DNA of 64,000 nucleotides from an uncultured Cellvibrionaceae bacterium (GCA_964515945.1 CAZEWY010000001.1:100-64099), one strand, 5' to 3'; positions 28,479 to 38,585 are shown, counted from the stretch's first letter. Translations and numbers: made by a program. The notes: generated from the sequence alone by a model not told the origin.

Positions 28479-30200
28479 ATGAGAAATGGTCTCGGCTGCT
28501 GTCTCACGCTATTCTGCCAGTTACTTGGCGGCGGCTGGCTGCTGTGCATTGATGCGCGTCCGGCCGTTGCCGCTGAAACGATTTCCCCGACGACGGCTGG
28601 TCAGCACTGTGTGAAGTTTCCATCCTCATGGAATGGGCAGCAATCCATCGAGCAGGAACGTCGACAACACGAGTTGTTCAGAAGTCATCAAGGCAAGGTC
28701 ATCGTGGATATCGATTTCAGAAATTTCAATGTCTTTGATGAAACCAATGACGATGAAAACAACCGGCTTTATCTTTTTCTCAATAAGCTCCACATTCATA
28801 CGCTCAAAGACGTCATCGCGTCACAGTTACTCTTCAATGTCGGCGACCAACTGAATCCAGATGTCATAGCCGAATCGGAGCGGCTTCTGCGGTCCCGCAG
28901 CTATCTCGCCCATGCCTATATTGCGCTCACCGAAATCTGCGGCAACACCGTCAAACTGCAGGTTCATACCCAGGATTCATGGACGACAGAACCGCGCATT
29001 TCCTTCGGGCATTCCGGTGGAGAAACAAGCTCGGGGTTTGCCTTGTCGGAAGGCAACTTTCTAGGCACTGGCAATTCCGTTACCGTCGGCTATAGCAAGG
29101 ACGCCGACAGATCCGGTGTCCTCTACAGTTTCAGCAGTCCACACTTTCTCAATACACGAATGGCCGCATCCATCGGCTATTCCAACAACAGCGATGGCGA
29201 AGACAGCATTATCAATATTAATTATCCCTTTTACTCGCTGCGAACGCCGCTTTCCTACGGGATCAAAAGCGAAAATATGACACAGCTGGAACCTATCCGA
29301 ATCAGGGGTGAAGAGATCAATGAGTACCGCCATAAAATCGAAGATCACCAGGTTTACTTCGGCAGGGCGGTCAGTATTAATGAAAACACTCACCGTTTAC
29401 TCTTCGGCATCACCAGTGAACGCGACAGTTTTGAAAGGACCAAGGAAACCTTGGGAGACCTACCGGAAGATACGGATATACTTTATCCCTGGCTGGAATA
29501 TCAGTTTATTGAAAATGAATTCGCGGTCTATCGCAATATCAATCAGATCCAGAGAACCGAAGACATTGCCATGGGCAAAAATCTCACGCTTCGCCTCGGC
29601 TATGGTGGTAACTCCTTCGATAACGGCGACGACATTTTCCGGTTTATCGGCAGCTATTCCGACATACTGGCCGTGAATGACCGCCATCTTCTGAAGTTTT
29701 CGGCCTACATCGACGGCAGGCGCCATTCAAAGCTGGAAAATACCGACAGCACTGTTACGGGTGGAGCGCTTTCCTACTATCTGCTGCAAAACCGAAACCA
29801 GCGCTGGTATGTCCGGCTCGCCTATGATCTGGGACGCGATCTGGAAGAGCATGAGAAATTGACCGTGGGAGGCAACCTGGGCGTGCGCGGCTACCCCCTG
29901 GATTTTCAGCGCGGCAACCGACGCTATCTCTTTACCGTGGAAAAACGCTATTTTGCAGATGTCCATCTCTTTAACCTGTTCCGCCTGGGCGGCGTGATTT
30001 TCTTTGATGCAGGCCGAGCTTGGGACAATGACAGTGAACAGCCTTCCCGACACCTGTCCAACGTCGGCTTGGGACTTCGTATCAGTTCCAGCAAGACGCG
30101 CATAGGGCATATGGTACACCTGGACCTTGCCTTTCCCACGGCGGACAAACAGGGCGCCGATAGTGTTCAGTGGCTAATCAAGGCGGAGCAGGTATTTTGA
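28479..30200 (+). CDS. Omp85-superfamily outer-membrane protein (surface antigen D15 / ShlB-FhaC-like barrel)
   Basis: Signal-like N-terminus MRNGLGCCLTLFCQLLGGGWLL...AVAA, the loop-6 motif GVRGYP, alternating beta-strand pattern and a C-terminal ...LIKAEQVF. I set the start to ATG 28479. Confidence 0.7.
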   Translation: MRNGLGCCLTLFCQLLGGGWLLCIDARPAVAAETISPTTAGQHCVKFPSSWNGQQSIEQERRQHELFRSHQGKVIVDIDFRNFNVFDETNDDENNRLYLFLNKLHIHTLKDVIASQLLFNVGDQLNPDVIAESERLLRSRSYLAHAYIALTEICGNTVKLQVHTQDSWTTEPRISFGHSGGETSSGFALSEGNFLGTGNSVTVGYSKDADRSGVLYSFSSPHFLNTRMAASIGYSNNSDGEDSIININYPFYSLRTPLSYGIKSENMTQLEPIRIRGEEINEYRHKIEDHQVYFGRAVSINENTHRLLFGITSERDSFERTKETLGDLPEDTDILYPWLEYQFIENEFAVYRNINQIQRTEDIAMGKNLTLRLGYGGNSFDNGDDIFRFIGSYSDILAVNDRHLLKFSAYIDGRRHSKLENTDSTVTGGALSYYLLQNRNQRWYVRLAYDLGRDLEEHEKLTVGGNLGVRGYPLDFQRGNRRYLFTVEKRYFADVHLFNLFRLGGVIFFDAGRAWDNDSEQPSRHLSNVGLGLRISSSKTRIGHMVHLDLAFPTADKQGADSVQWLIKAEQVF

Positions 30201-30209
30201 TAACTTCAA

Positions 30210-30365
30210 GGGAAAGGGGAAAGGAAAAAGGGAAAAGGGAAAAGGGAAAAGGGAAAAGGGAAAAGATTCGTGCCTCATCAAGGCTAGTGCATAAGTGTAT
30301 ATCGAACACTACCACTGATGCTATCGAACGCCTCGAGGCATCCACTTTTCCCTTTTCCCTTTTTA
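30210..30365. repeat. Composite intergenic element copy E1: (GGGAAAA)~8, an 80-bp core, then (TTTTCCC)~3
   Basis: Read directly. The left array is 30210-30265, the core starts GATTCGTGCC...TAGTGCATAAGTGTATATCG, and the right array is 30346-30365. Confidence 0.9.
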
Positions 30366-30442
30366 TCTCTCTCCACTCCAAACATGTTAAGCTCGCCGCT
30401 GTCACTCAACTATCCCCAGAACCCGCGAACAAGGAGCTTGTT

Positions 30443-30937
30443 ATGGCGAAGATCACTCTTAAAGGTAACCCTTTTGAAACCCTTGGCGATTTGCCGGCAA
30501 TCGGCAGCAAAGCGCCGGATTTTACGCTGGTAAAGCCGGACCTGTCGGAAGTCAGCCTGAAGAATTATGCCGGCCGGATTCTGATACTGAATATCTTCCC
30601 CTCCATAGACACCCCCACCTGCGCACTGTCGGTTCGGAAATTCAACGAGGAGGCTGCGCAGCAGGGGAATTTGACGGTACTCTGTGTGTCCGCGGATTTG
30701 CCTTTTGCCGCCGGTCGGTTCTGCGGCGCGGAAGGTATCGCCAACGTGGAAACCGGGTCCTCCTTCCGCTCGAGTTTTGCCAAGGACTATGGTGTGGGCA
30801 TCAAAAACGGTCCGCTGGCAGGGCTTCTGTCCCGTGCGGTCGTGGTTATTAATGAACAGGGCGAAGTCATCTATACGGAACAGGTACAGGAAACCGCCGA
30901 CGAACCGGATTACGACTCGGCACTGGCGGCGTTGTAA
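30443..30937 (+). CDS. tpx: Thiol peroxidase
   Basis: MAKITLKGNPFETLGDLPAIGSKAPDFTLV...IFPSIDTPTCALSVRKFNE. AAGGAG lies 6 nt upstream of ATG 30443. The upstream part of the track ORF only translates the repeat. Confidence 0.9.
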   Translation: MAKITLKGNPFETLGDLPAIGSKAPDFTLVKPDLSEVSLKNYAGRILILNIFPSIDTPTCALSVRKFNEEAAQQGNLTVLCVSADLPFAAGRFCGAEGIANVETGSSFRSSFAKDYGVGIKNGPLAGLLSRAVVVINEQGEVIYTEQVQETADEPDYDSALAAL

Positions 30938-30971
30938 CTATTTCGACAGAAACAGACCAGAAACAGGAATG

Positions 30972-31000
30972 AAAAAGCCGACCCAGTGTCGGCTTTTTTT
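30972..31000. terminator. Bidirectional intrinsic terminator between tpx and the esterase gene
   Basis: aaaaagccgac-ccagt-gtcggcttttttt. Confidence 0.75.
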
Positions 31001-31010
31001 GCGCCTAAAA

Positions 31011-32672
31011 TCAGTCCTTGATGATGCGCATTGATTCCAGCCATTCCAGTGCGCGCTCGGGCCAGGCAGAAGCCTGCTGATAGCCGGCCAGCAGGCCGAT
31101 GCCGTGGGGCGCGTTATTGTAAATCACCATTTCCACCGGCACCCCGGCTTCATGCACCGCCTGATAAAACGCGAGGCTGTTGTGCACCGGCACCGACTCA
31201 TCGTTGCCGCCGTGTATCAGGAATATCGGCGGCATGTCGGCGCGGGCCTGGGTTTCCAGGCTGTAGAATTCCAGCAGATCCTCACTCGGATTTTCACCCA
31301 GCAGCGCCGTGCGCGAGCCTTGGTGCGCATGGGGCGGATACATGGTGATGACCGGGTAAATCAGCAATCCGAAGTCCGGACGCGCACTGATTTTATTGAG
31401 ATGGCCGGGCATTATTTGCGCTGGCCAGTAGTCGAAGTGCGTCAGCAGCGAGGCGGCAACGTGGCCGCCCGCGGAAAAGCCAATCACGCCGATCTTGTTC
31501 GGGTGCAGGCGCCATTCCTTGGCGTGACTGCGCACCAGACGCAGTGCCTGCTGGGCGTCCAGCAAAGGTGCCGGCGCGCCGAATTCACGCATGCGGTATT
31601 TGACAATGAACGCGTGGATGCCATGACCATTCAACCAGTCGGCAACGGCCACTGCCTCCTTGTCTATGGCCAGTCGATGGTAGCCGCCGCCGGGGAAAAT
31701 CAACACACCCACGCCTTGGGCCGAGGCTGCGGGCGCCAGACGGGGAATAATTTCCGGCTCACGCACATTGTAGACCCGGTTGTCTTCCATGCGCTCCCGA
31801 CCCGGCAGCAGAGCCTCGACCGGTGGTGTTTGCGGCCATAATTTTATGGCCGGCATCGCTTCTGGCATTTCGGGTACCCCTTCGTAAAAATACCGGGCAA
31901 GTGGATGACCCTGTTCGCGCAGCTGTTGGACAAACATGCGCGCCACCCATAGAGCGCCCTTGGGCGACAGGTGGGTGTTGTCGATTTTCCCGTCCTTGTA
32001 CCCGGGATATTCACCGGGTTTGACATGCAAATACAAGCTGACCGATGACCCCGGCCCCATGTCCTGCAGTGATTGCCAGGTCAATGCCTGAAGATCCACC
32101 AGCGGGACATTCATGGCCTCGGCCACCTGGCGCATAGCATCCGGATAGTCGCCGTGGGTGGCAAGTAGTTTCCCCTGTGCATCAAAGTGGCGCCGGCAGA
32201 TGGAGGTCGCCAGAATGGGAATGGCACCTTTGGCGCGCGTCTCGGTCACATAGCGCCGCAGGTTCTCACTATAGGCGCCTCGCGGTGCGGTGTATCGGGT
32301 CGGATCCTGCTTTTTCTGATCATTGTGGCCAAACTGAATCAACAGGTAATCGCCCGGACGCAACTGGTCCAGCACCACCTGCCAGCGGCCCTCGTCGTAA
32401 AAACTTTTGCTGCTGCGACCGTTGACGGCATGGTTCTCCACCGTCAGTTGCGGTTTCGCCAGATCCGCCAGCGCCATACCCCAGCCGGTCTCGGGCGCCC
32501 GCTCCGGGATTTTGTTGGCCAGGGTCGAGTCGCCAATTAAAAAGATGCGCGCGCTACTGAGCGTAGCGTCGTCTGCTTCGCTTCCGGTTTTGTCCCTATC
32601 GGAGACCTGGGAGCAGCCGACGCATAAGATTGCCAGAACCAGGACGGGCAGTAGCTGTCTGACCAAATTCAT
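31011..32672 (-). CDS. Two-domain carbohydrate esterase lipoprotein: SGNH/GDSL hydrolase fused to an alpha/beta-hydrolase esterase
   Basis: Lipobox LAILCVGCSQ, SGNH block I FLIGDSTLANK, and a second domain with HGGG-like FPGGGY and nucleophile GFSAGGH. Confidence 0.8.
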   Translation of the reverse strand: MNLVRQLLPVLVLAILCVGCSQVSDRDKTGSEADDATLSSARIFLIGDSTLANKIPERAPETGWGMALADLAKPQLTVENHAVNGRSSKSFYDEGRWQVVLDQLRPGDYLLIQFGHNDQKKQDPTRYTAPRGAYSENLRRYVTETRAKGAIPILATSICRRHFDAQGKLLATHGDYPDAMRQVAEAMNVPLVDLQALTWQSLQDMGPGSSVSLYLHVKPGEYPGYKDGKIDNTHLSPKGALWVARMFVQQLREQGHPLARYFYEGVPEMPEAMPAIKLWPQTPPVEALLPGRERMEDNRVYNVREPEIIPRLAPAASAQGVGVLIFPGGGYHRLAIDKEAVAVADWLNGHGIHAFIVKYRMREFGAPAPLLDAQQALRLVRSHAKEWRLHPNKIGVIGFSAGGHVAASLLTHFDYWPAQIMPGHLNKISARPDFGLLIYPVITMYPPHAHQGSRTALLGENPSEDLLEFYSLETQARADMPPIFLIHGGNDESVPVHNSLAFYQAVHEAGVPVEMVIYNNAPHGIGLLAGYQQASAWPERALEWLESMRIIKD

Positions 32673-32869
32673 GCCGTTATATCCTCATATTTCGGTTTAT
32701 TTTCCGCAGATTAAACCATGGGAGGCCACACTTCCAGTCACCCACCCAGTTACTCGCCGGTTTAGTTACAGTCATTTTTACCATAATTGGTAAGACCATT
32801 AATCCCGTCCGGATTGCCAAATTCCACCAGAAGTGTTTAAATCACCTGCTCGGAAGGAGCTTAATCGGT

Positions 32870-34138
32870 ATGACCAAATATAACGCTTTCTATGGCCAAT
32901 CGGGTGGTGTCACGCCCGTTATCAATGCAACGGCCGCGGGAGTGATTGAGACAGCGCGCGAGCATCCCACTCGCATAGGCAAGGTCTACGCCGGTCTCGA
33001 CGGCATTGTGGGCGCGCTCCAGGAGAATCTGATTGATGTCAGTCTGGAAGAGGCGCAGAGCCTCGCCAGCCTGATTCATACACCTTCCGGTGCCTTTGGC
33101 TCCTGTCGCTACAAGCTGCAGGACCTCACCCGGCAGCGCGCCGAATACCAGCGTCTGCTGGATGTCTTCCAGGCCCATGACATTCGCTACTTTTTCTACA
33201 ACGGCGGCGGTGATTCCCAGGATACAACCTACAAGTTGTCGCAACTGGCCCGGGAGCTGGATTACCCGCTGACCTGCATCGGCATACCCAAAACCATCGA
33301 CAACGATCTGCCCCTGACCGACAACAGTCCGGGCTTCGGGTCGGTGGCGAAATATGTCGCCATTTCCACTCTCGAAGCCTCCTACGACGTTGAGTCCATG
33401 CATGGCAGTTCGACCAAGGTCTTTGTCATGGAGGTTATGGGGCGGCACACGGGCTGGATTGCCGCTGCCTCCTGTTTGGCTCGGGACGAGCGTGGGCTGG
33501 GGCCAGACCTCATACTGTTGCCGGAAGTCCAGTTTGATGCCGACAGCTTCCTCGACCGCATCAGTGAGACCGTGGCCAGCAAGGGCTTTTGCGTGGTAGT
33601 GGCCGCGGAAGGTATCAAGGGGGCCGATGGGAAATTTCTGTCGGAAGCCGGCGCCACTGATGCTTTTGGCCATGCCCAGCTTGGCGGCGTGGCGCCGCGT
33701 CTGGTCGATATGATCAAGCAGCGTCTGGATTTCAAATGCCATTGGGCTGTGTGCGATTACCTGCAACGCGCCGCCCGCCACGTCGCCTCGCAAACGGATG
33801 TGGATCAGGCTTATGCCGTAGGCGCGACCGCCGTCGATTACGCCATGCAAGGTCTCGATGCGGTCATGCCCGCCGTAGTCCGCGAGCAGGCCTCGCCCTA
33901 TCAGTGGACGCTGAAACCGGTGCCGCTGAGTGAAGTGGCCAATCGCGAAAAACCCCTGCCCCCCGAATTCATCAGTGAGGATGGTTTCGCCATCACCCCT
34001 GCCGGCCGCGATTATTTTGCACCGCTGATTCAGGGGGAGGCTTACCCGCCCTACAGGAACGGACTGCCGGACTATGGTCGGCTGAAGAAGAATCTGGTCA
34101 GGAAAAAGCTGGCCGATACCGTCAGCATTTCCTCCTGA
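32870..34138 (+). CDS. 6-phosphofructokinase, long (about 420 aa) type; ATP- versus PPi-dependence not decidable from sequence
   Basis: YGQSGGVTPVINATAAGV, FFYNGGGDSQDT, GIPKTIDNDL and MGRHTGWIA motifs. Confidence 0.85.
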   Translation: MTKYNAFYGQSGGVTPVINATAAGVIETAREHPTRIGKVYAGLDGIVGALQENLIDVSLEEAQSLASLIHTPSGAFGSCRYKLQDLTRQRAEYQRLLDVFQAHDIRYFFYNGGGDSQDTTYKLSQLARELDYPLTCIGIPKTIDNDLPLTDNSPGFGSVAKYVAISTLEASYDVESMHGSSTKVFVMEVMGRHTGWIAAASCLARDERGLGPDLILLPEVQFDADSFLDRISETVASKGFCVVVAAEGIKGADGKFLSEAGATDAFGHAQLGGVAPRLVDMIKQRLDFKCHWAVCDYLQRAARHVASQTDVDQAYAVGATAVDYAMQGLDAVMPAVVREQASPYQWTLKPVPLSEVANREKPLPPEFISEDGFAITPAGRDYFAPLIQGEAYPPYRNGLPDYGRLKKNLVRKKLADTVSISS

Positions 34139-34337
34139 CGATGCCTTTTCCTATTGATGGCAGCTCCTCCACGACATATTAGCGCCCGATATTCAGATGG
34201 TTGTACCTCTACCCATGTTTCACCCAATGTTTCCAATAAGTGTTCCACCGGTTCGGGTTCCCCACAGCCCGAACCAACCTTGACCTACCACTCAATAGAC
34301 GGACAAAAAGTCCGCGTCCAAACTCGCGAGGATACCC

Positions 34338-35387
34338 ATGACCCACATTGCCAGCCTACTTGGCGCTGAAGCCGAATCGCTGCTTGAGCACCGCTGCACC
34401 ACCATTCCCCGGAACATGATTACCAGCCCGGGGTCCGACTATATCGACCGCGCACTCTGCGCCACGGATCGCCCCTCGGCGGTGCTGCGCAATTACCAGT
34501 CCCTGCTCAGCGCCGGTCGGCTCGGGAACACCGGCTACATGTCCATTCTGCCGGTCGACCAAGGCATAGAACATTCCGCCGGCGCCACTTTCGCGCCCAA
34601 TCCGCTGTATTTCGACCCGAAGAATATTGTCGAACTGGCCATCGAGGGCGGCTGCAATGCCGTGGCTTCAACGTTGGGTGCGCTGGGCGCCGTTTCCCGC
34701 AACTATGCCCACAAGATTCCCTTCATCCTCAAGCTCAACCACAATGACGCCCTGGTGTACCCGTCCACCTACGACCAGACCCTGTTTGGCAAAGTGAAGC
34801 AGGCCTATGACATGGGCGCCATCGGCATAGGCGCCACCATTTATTTCGGTTCCGAACAGTCCCGACGCCAACTCCAGGAAATTTCCGAAGCCTTTCAGCA
34901 GGCCCACGAGTTGGGCATGGTCACTATCCTGTGGTGCTACCTGCGCAACAACGCTTTCAAAACCGACGAGGCGGATTTCCACACCTCCGCCGATCTGACC
35001 GGTCAGGCAAATTACCTGGGCGTCACCATTGAAGCCGATATCATCAAGCAGAAAATGGCGGAGACCAACGGCGGCTTCAACCGCATCAAGGTTGGCAAAA
35101 CCCACCCCAAGGTTTACAGCGAACTGACCACCGAGCACCCGATCGACCTGGTGCGCTACCAGGTAGCCAACTGTTACATGGGGCGCATCGGCCTGATCAA
35201 CTCCGGCGGCGCATCGGGCGACAACGATTTTTCCGAAGTGGTGCGCACCGCTGTTATCAACAAGCGCGCCGGCGGCATGGGGCTTATTTCAGGGCGCAAG
35301 GCATTTCAGCGCCCCTTCGACGAAGGCGTGAAGATTCTGCATGCTATTCAGGATGTGTATCTGGATAAAAGCATCACCATTGCCTGA
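34338..35387 (+). CDS. fbaB: Class I fructose-bisphosphate aldolase (FbaB/DhnA type)
   Basis: 349 aa with [20 protein letters not shown] and IIKQKMAE. The length and order match the FbaB family. Confidence 0.85.
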   Translation: MTHIASLLGAEAESLLEHRCTTIPRNMITSPGSDYIDRALCATDRPSAVLRNYQSLLSAGRLGNTGYMSILPVDQGIEHSAGATFAPNPLYFDPKNIVELAIEGGCNAVASTLGALGAVSRNYAHKIPFILKLNHNDALVYPSTYDQTLFGKVKQAYDMGAIGIGATIYFGSEQSRRQLQEISEAFQQAHELGMVTILWCYLRNNAFKTDEADFHTSADLTGQANYLGVTIEADIIKQKMAETNGGFNRIKVGKTHPKVYSELTTEHPIDLVRYQVANCYMGRIGLINSGGASGDNDFSEVVRTAVINKRAGGMGLISGRKAFQRPFDEGVKILHAIQDVYLDKSITIA

Positions 35388-35393
35388 ACCCGC

Positions 35394-35454
35394 CCCCGGT
35401 CTTCCCATGTCCCTGTGGTGAGCTTTCGAGCAGTGAAGACCGGGGCCATTTTTC
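35394..35454 (+). terminator. Possible terminator after fbaB (11-bp stem, large loop)
   Basis: ccccggtcttc...(32 nt)...gaagaccgggg followed by ccattttt. Confidence 0.45.
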
Positions 35455-35524
35455 AACCGCAACACTTTTCATCCCGGGCAAAGCAGGCTATGGTTAAGGG
35501 TTTGTACAAGGTCCGAAATCTGCC

Positions 35525-35842
35525 ATGAAACCCTTGAAGACCAAAGCCCAGATTCGTGCCGAAATTGAGCAGCAGGTGAATGAATTCGTCCAGCAGGGCG
35601 GCGCCGTGCATGATATTCCTTCCGGCATCAGCGGCTACACCACCAACCAGAACCCCTTTGCCCATATGGTGATGTCCGGGCCACCGCAGCAACGCACGCC
35701 CCTGGTGGAAATCATCAAGCAGATAGACGCGCGGAAATCCCCCCGCCAGAACCCACTCAAAACCACCAAGCGCCGCCCGCGCCGCAAGTTGATCACGGAC
35801 GATTTTGGCGAACCCGTGCGCTGGGTCTGGGTGGAGGAGTGA
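35525..35842 (+). CDS. Small conserved-looking hypothetical protein with a highly basic C-terminal segment
   Basis: 105 aa: MKPLKTKAQIRAEIEQQVNEFVQQGGAVHDIPSG...KTTKRRPRRKLITDDFGEPVRWVWVEE. I am not sure of the family; it is faintly reminiscent of SutA-type RNAP-binding proteins. Confidence 0.55.
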   Translation: MKPLKTKAQIRAEIEQQVNEFVQQGGAVHDIPSGISGYTTNQNPFAHMVMSGPPQQRTPLVEIIKQIDARKSPRQNPLKTTKRRPRRKLITDDFGEPVRWVWVEE

Positions 35843-35850
35843 AGAGCCAA

Positions 35851-36015
35851 GGAAGGGAAAAGGGAAAAGAATATGGGGCCCCAAATAATCCGGTACTGCG
35901 ATCAGTGATAGTCCCCGGATGTTGTGGCACTACACTTGCGGAGGCGTGGATCTTTTCCCTTTTCCCTTTTCCCTTTTCCCTTTTCCCTTTTCCCTTTTCC
36001 CTTTTCCCTTTTCCC
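35851..36015. repeat. Composite intergenic element copy E2 (core inverted relative to E1/E3): (GGGAAAA)~2.5, core, then (TTTTCCC)9
   Basis: Read directly. Nine perfect TTTTCCC units span 35953-36015. The core is about 75% identical by eye to the reverse complement of the E3 core. Confidence 0.9.
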
Positions 36016-36017
36016 TT

Positions 36018-36194
36018 CTACACAACCCCCTGAAATTTGGCAAAGAGGTAGGCCACCACGGTGAGCAGGCCGAGGACGAGAAACACAATAGCCAGCAGGA
36101 GCAGGGGCCGGAAGGGCTTGCGCTCCACGTCATTGATATTGGAGGAGAGATAGCGGTCGACTCTTGCCTGATCTTCGGGGGAAAGTCTGGGCAT
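36018..36194 (-). CDS. 58-aa single-TM membrane protein (DUF3094-like), missed by the ORF track length cut-off
   Basis: My own translation is MPRLSPEDQARVDRYLSSNINDVERKPFRPLLLLAIVFLVLGLLTVVAYLFAKFQGVV*. The ATG is at 36194 and the stop is at 36020-36018. Confidence 0.6.
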   Translation of the reverse strand: MPRLSPEDQARVDRYLSSNINDVERKPFRPLLLLAIVFLVLGLLTVVAYLFAKFQGVV

Positions 36195-36233
36195 GTTTAT
36201 AACTCTCGCTAGTGAATATGAATTGCTGTTTCT

Positions 36234-36261
36234 GCTTACCGCTTACTGCTCCCAGCTTACC
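36234..36261. repeat. Degenerate heptamer array (GCTTACC)x4
   Basis: gcttacc gcttact gctccca gcttacc, between the 58-aa gene start and the ndh stop. Confidence 0.6.
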
Positions 36262-36272
36262 ATCCCCACTCC

Positions 36273-37565
36273 TCAGTGCAGTTTCAACCGCGGTCGCAGC
36301 CAGCGGTTGAGGCGACCGGCAAACATAAGCGCGCCGGTTTTTATCAGGCCGTGCACGGCCACCTGGTGCATCCGATAGAGGGAAATATAGACGGTCCGCG
36401 CGATGCGCCCTTCGATAAACAGGTCACCGCCGCGCAGATTGCCCATCAGGTTGCCCAGTGTCGAGTAGCGGGCCAGGGAAATCAAGGAGCCGTGGTCCCG
36501 GTATTCATAGGTTTTCAGGGGCTTTTCCTTCAGTATCGCAAGAAGGTTTTTATAACAGCAGTCGGCCATCTGGTGCGCTGATTGCGCCCGTGGCGGTACC
36601 CGCTTGCCGTCGGGCATGGTGAACTCGGCGCAATCGCCTATGGCAAAGATGGCGGGGTCGCGGGTCGTCTGCAGGAACTCATTCACGACAAGCTGGTTGA
36701 TGCGGTTACTCTCCAGCCCGGCGATATCCTTCATGAAGTTGGCCACCTTGACACCCGCCGCCCAGACAACCAGATCCGCCACGATGGTTTCGCCATACCG
36801 GGTGTGCAAAGCGCCACGGGTCGCTTCCGTGACTGGCGTATCCACCCGCACGTCAACACCCAAACGGCGCAGTTCATGGGTGGCCGACGCGGATATGCGT
36901 TCAGGCAATGCCGGCAGGATTCGCGGGCCCGCCTCCAGCAGGGTAATTTTCAATTGGCTGTTGTCGAGGGCATCAAAGCCGTAGCTGTGCACCTCGTCCA
37001 CGGCGTGATGAATTTCAGCTGACAGTTCCACCCCCGTGGCACCACCACCGACAATGGCGATGCGGATATCGCGATCCGATTCCGGCAGGCGCTGGATGCG
37101 CAAAAACTGATTGAAGAGTTTCTGACGGAAATAATGCGCCTGCTCGGGGCTGTCGAGAAAAATGCAGTGATCCTGTACGCCGGGCGTGCCGAAATCATTG
37201 GAGGTAGAGCCCAGTGCAAGAATCAGCAGATCATAATCAATGCGGGTAGTCGGCAGGACCTGCTCGCCCTCCTCATCCACCAGGGGCGCCAGAACCACCT
37301 GACGGGCTTCACGATCTATGCTGCTCATGGTGCCGACGCGGAAAGCGAAGCCATGCGCACGGGCATGGGCGCGATAACTGACCGCATCCACACCCTCGTC
37401 CATGGTACCCACGGCAATTTCGTGCAGCAGGGGTTTCCACAGATGCGTCGTATCGCGGTCGATCAGGGTAATATGGGCCTTGCCCTTCTTCCCTAGCTTG
37501 TCGCCGAGCTTTGTTACCAGTTCCAGACCACCGGCACCGCCGCCGACCACAACAATACGCGTCAC
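36273..37565 (-). CDS. ndh: Type II NADH:quinone oxidoreductase
   Basis: 430 aa with two dinucleotide folds, [13 protein letters not shown] and [12 protein letters not shown]. Confidence 0.9.
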   Translation of the reverse strand: MTRIVVVGGGAGGLELVTKLGDKLGKKGKAHITLIDRDTTHLWKPLLHEIAVGTMDEGVDAVSYRAHARAHGFAFRVGTMSSIDREARQVVLAPLVDEEGEQVLPTTRIDYDLLILALGSTSNDFGTPGVQDHCIFLDSPEQAHYFRQKLFNQFLRIQRLPESDRDIRIAIVGGGATGVELSAEIHHAVDEVHSYGFDALDNSQLKITLLEAGPRILPALPERISASATHELRRLGVDVRVDTPVTEATRGALHTRYGETIVADLVVWAAGVKVANFMKDIAGLESNRINQLVVNEFLQTTRDPAIFAIGDCAEFTMPDGKRVPPRAQSAHQMADCCYKNLLAILKEKPLKTYEYRDHGSLISLARYSTLGNLMGNLRGGDLFIEGRIARTVYISLYRMHQVAVHGLIKTGALMFAGRLNRWLRPRLKLH

Positions 37566-37704
37566 ATATGACTCCTAGAGGTAATTAGCGCAAGCGGAAA
37601 ACTATACACCAGAAGAGGTCAGTAAAGAAATAATGCGCGCCAGAATCCGGCCTTCAATCGAGCCTATAGCCAAGCTATAGATCAGTGAAGCACCTATGGT
37701 CAGC

Positions 37705-38502
37705 TTATATCAGCAGCCAATAAATCACACCGGCGAGAAATACGCGATAAATGACATAGGGCCACATGCCCACACGGTTGAGCCATTTCAGGAAGAAATG
37801 AATGGCGGTCAGTGCCATCACGAAAGAGCTTAGTCCGCCAACCAGGAATGCCACCCAATCCACATGGGCGTCGCTGACGGCAACCTCCAACAGTTTGGCG
37901 GACGCGGCCAGTGCCGTGATGGGGATCGCCAGCAGGAATGAAAACCGCGATGCGGATTCCCGGCTCAGACCGAGAAACAGGCCCGCCGTGATGGTTGCGC
38001 CTGATCGGGACGTACCCGGAACCAGCGAGAGCATCTGAGCCAGACCGACCAGCAGGGCATCTTTCCAGGTGAGCGATTCCAGGGAACGCTTCGGGTTGGG
38101 CAGCCAGTCCGCCCAGCCCAGCAATAGACCGAAAACCAGAGTTGTCATGAAAATGATACCGACCGAGCGCAGTTGGTTCTCGATCAAGTCCAGTAGCAAC
38201 AACCCAGCCAGGGCAGCGGGCAGGGTGCCGATCACCAGAAAAAACGCCATCCGGCCCTGGCCGACAAAGCGTCGGCTCTTCACAGAAATCAATCCATCCC
38301 GTGTCAGCCCGAACACATCGCGACGAAAGTAAAGCACAACGGCCAGGAGCGTTCCCACATGTACCGCCAGATCAAACGCCACCCCTTGGTCGGGCCAACC
38401 GACAATCACGGGAAAAAGAATCAAATGGGCTGAACTGGAGATCGGAAGAAATTCCGTCAGTCCCTGGATGAGGCCCAACATGAGTGCGTGTAGAAAATCC
38501 AT
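37705..38502 (-). CDS. uppP: Undecaprenyl-diphosphate phosphatase
   Basis: MDFLHALMLGLIQGLTEFLPISSSAHL and PGTSRSGATI motifs. I set the start to ATG 38502. Confidence 0.9.
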   Translation of the reverse strand: MDFLHALMLGLIQGLTEFLPISSSAHLILFPVIVGWPDQGVAFDLAVHVGTLLAVVLYFRRDVFGLTRDGLISVKSRRFVGQGRMAFFLVIGTLPAALAGLLLLDLIENQLRSVGIIFMTTLVFGLLLGWADWLPNPKRSLESLTWKDALLVGLAQMLSLVPGTSRSGATITAGLFLGLSRESASRFSFLLAIPITALAASAKLLEVAVSDAHVDWVAFLVGGLSSFVMALTAIHFFLKWLNRVGMWPYVIYRVFLAGVIYWLLI

Positions 38503-38585
38503 CAATAGTGCTCCAGGCGGAAAATCAAGAGGCCGCACAATACCCGATCAAGTGAGCATGCTCAAGCGGGGCGGTGAGTGGGATG

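Noticed and set aside
30210-30365. Possibility that the GGGAAAA arrays are a CRISPR array or minisatellite-coded surface protein
   Set aside because: The units are 7 bp with no spacers, far below CRISPR repeat size. No cas genes are in the window. The arrays are outside coding regions and not a multiple of 3.
32861-33850. 329-aa minus-strand ORF opposite the phosphofructokinase gene. Similar long antisense ORFs occur at 22390-23202, 43537-44481, 44559-45326, 52239-53207, 57756-58784 and 57865-58977.
   Set aside because: All lie antisense to genes with strong family motifs and have the amino-acid composition typical of GC-rich non-coding frames.
35839-36212. ORFs translating to FPFPFSLFPFPF... 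(35839-36033, 35919-36212, 35930-36133), plus equivalents at 30178-30405, the 5' part of 30170-30937, 47149-47571, 47580-47795 and 49425-49802
   Set aside because: They are simply read-through of the GGGAAAA/TTTTCCC heptamer arrays. The period of 7 rotates all three frames, and no RBS or conserved protein features are present.
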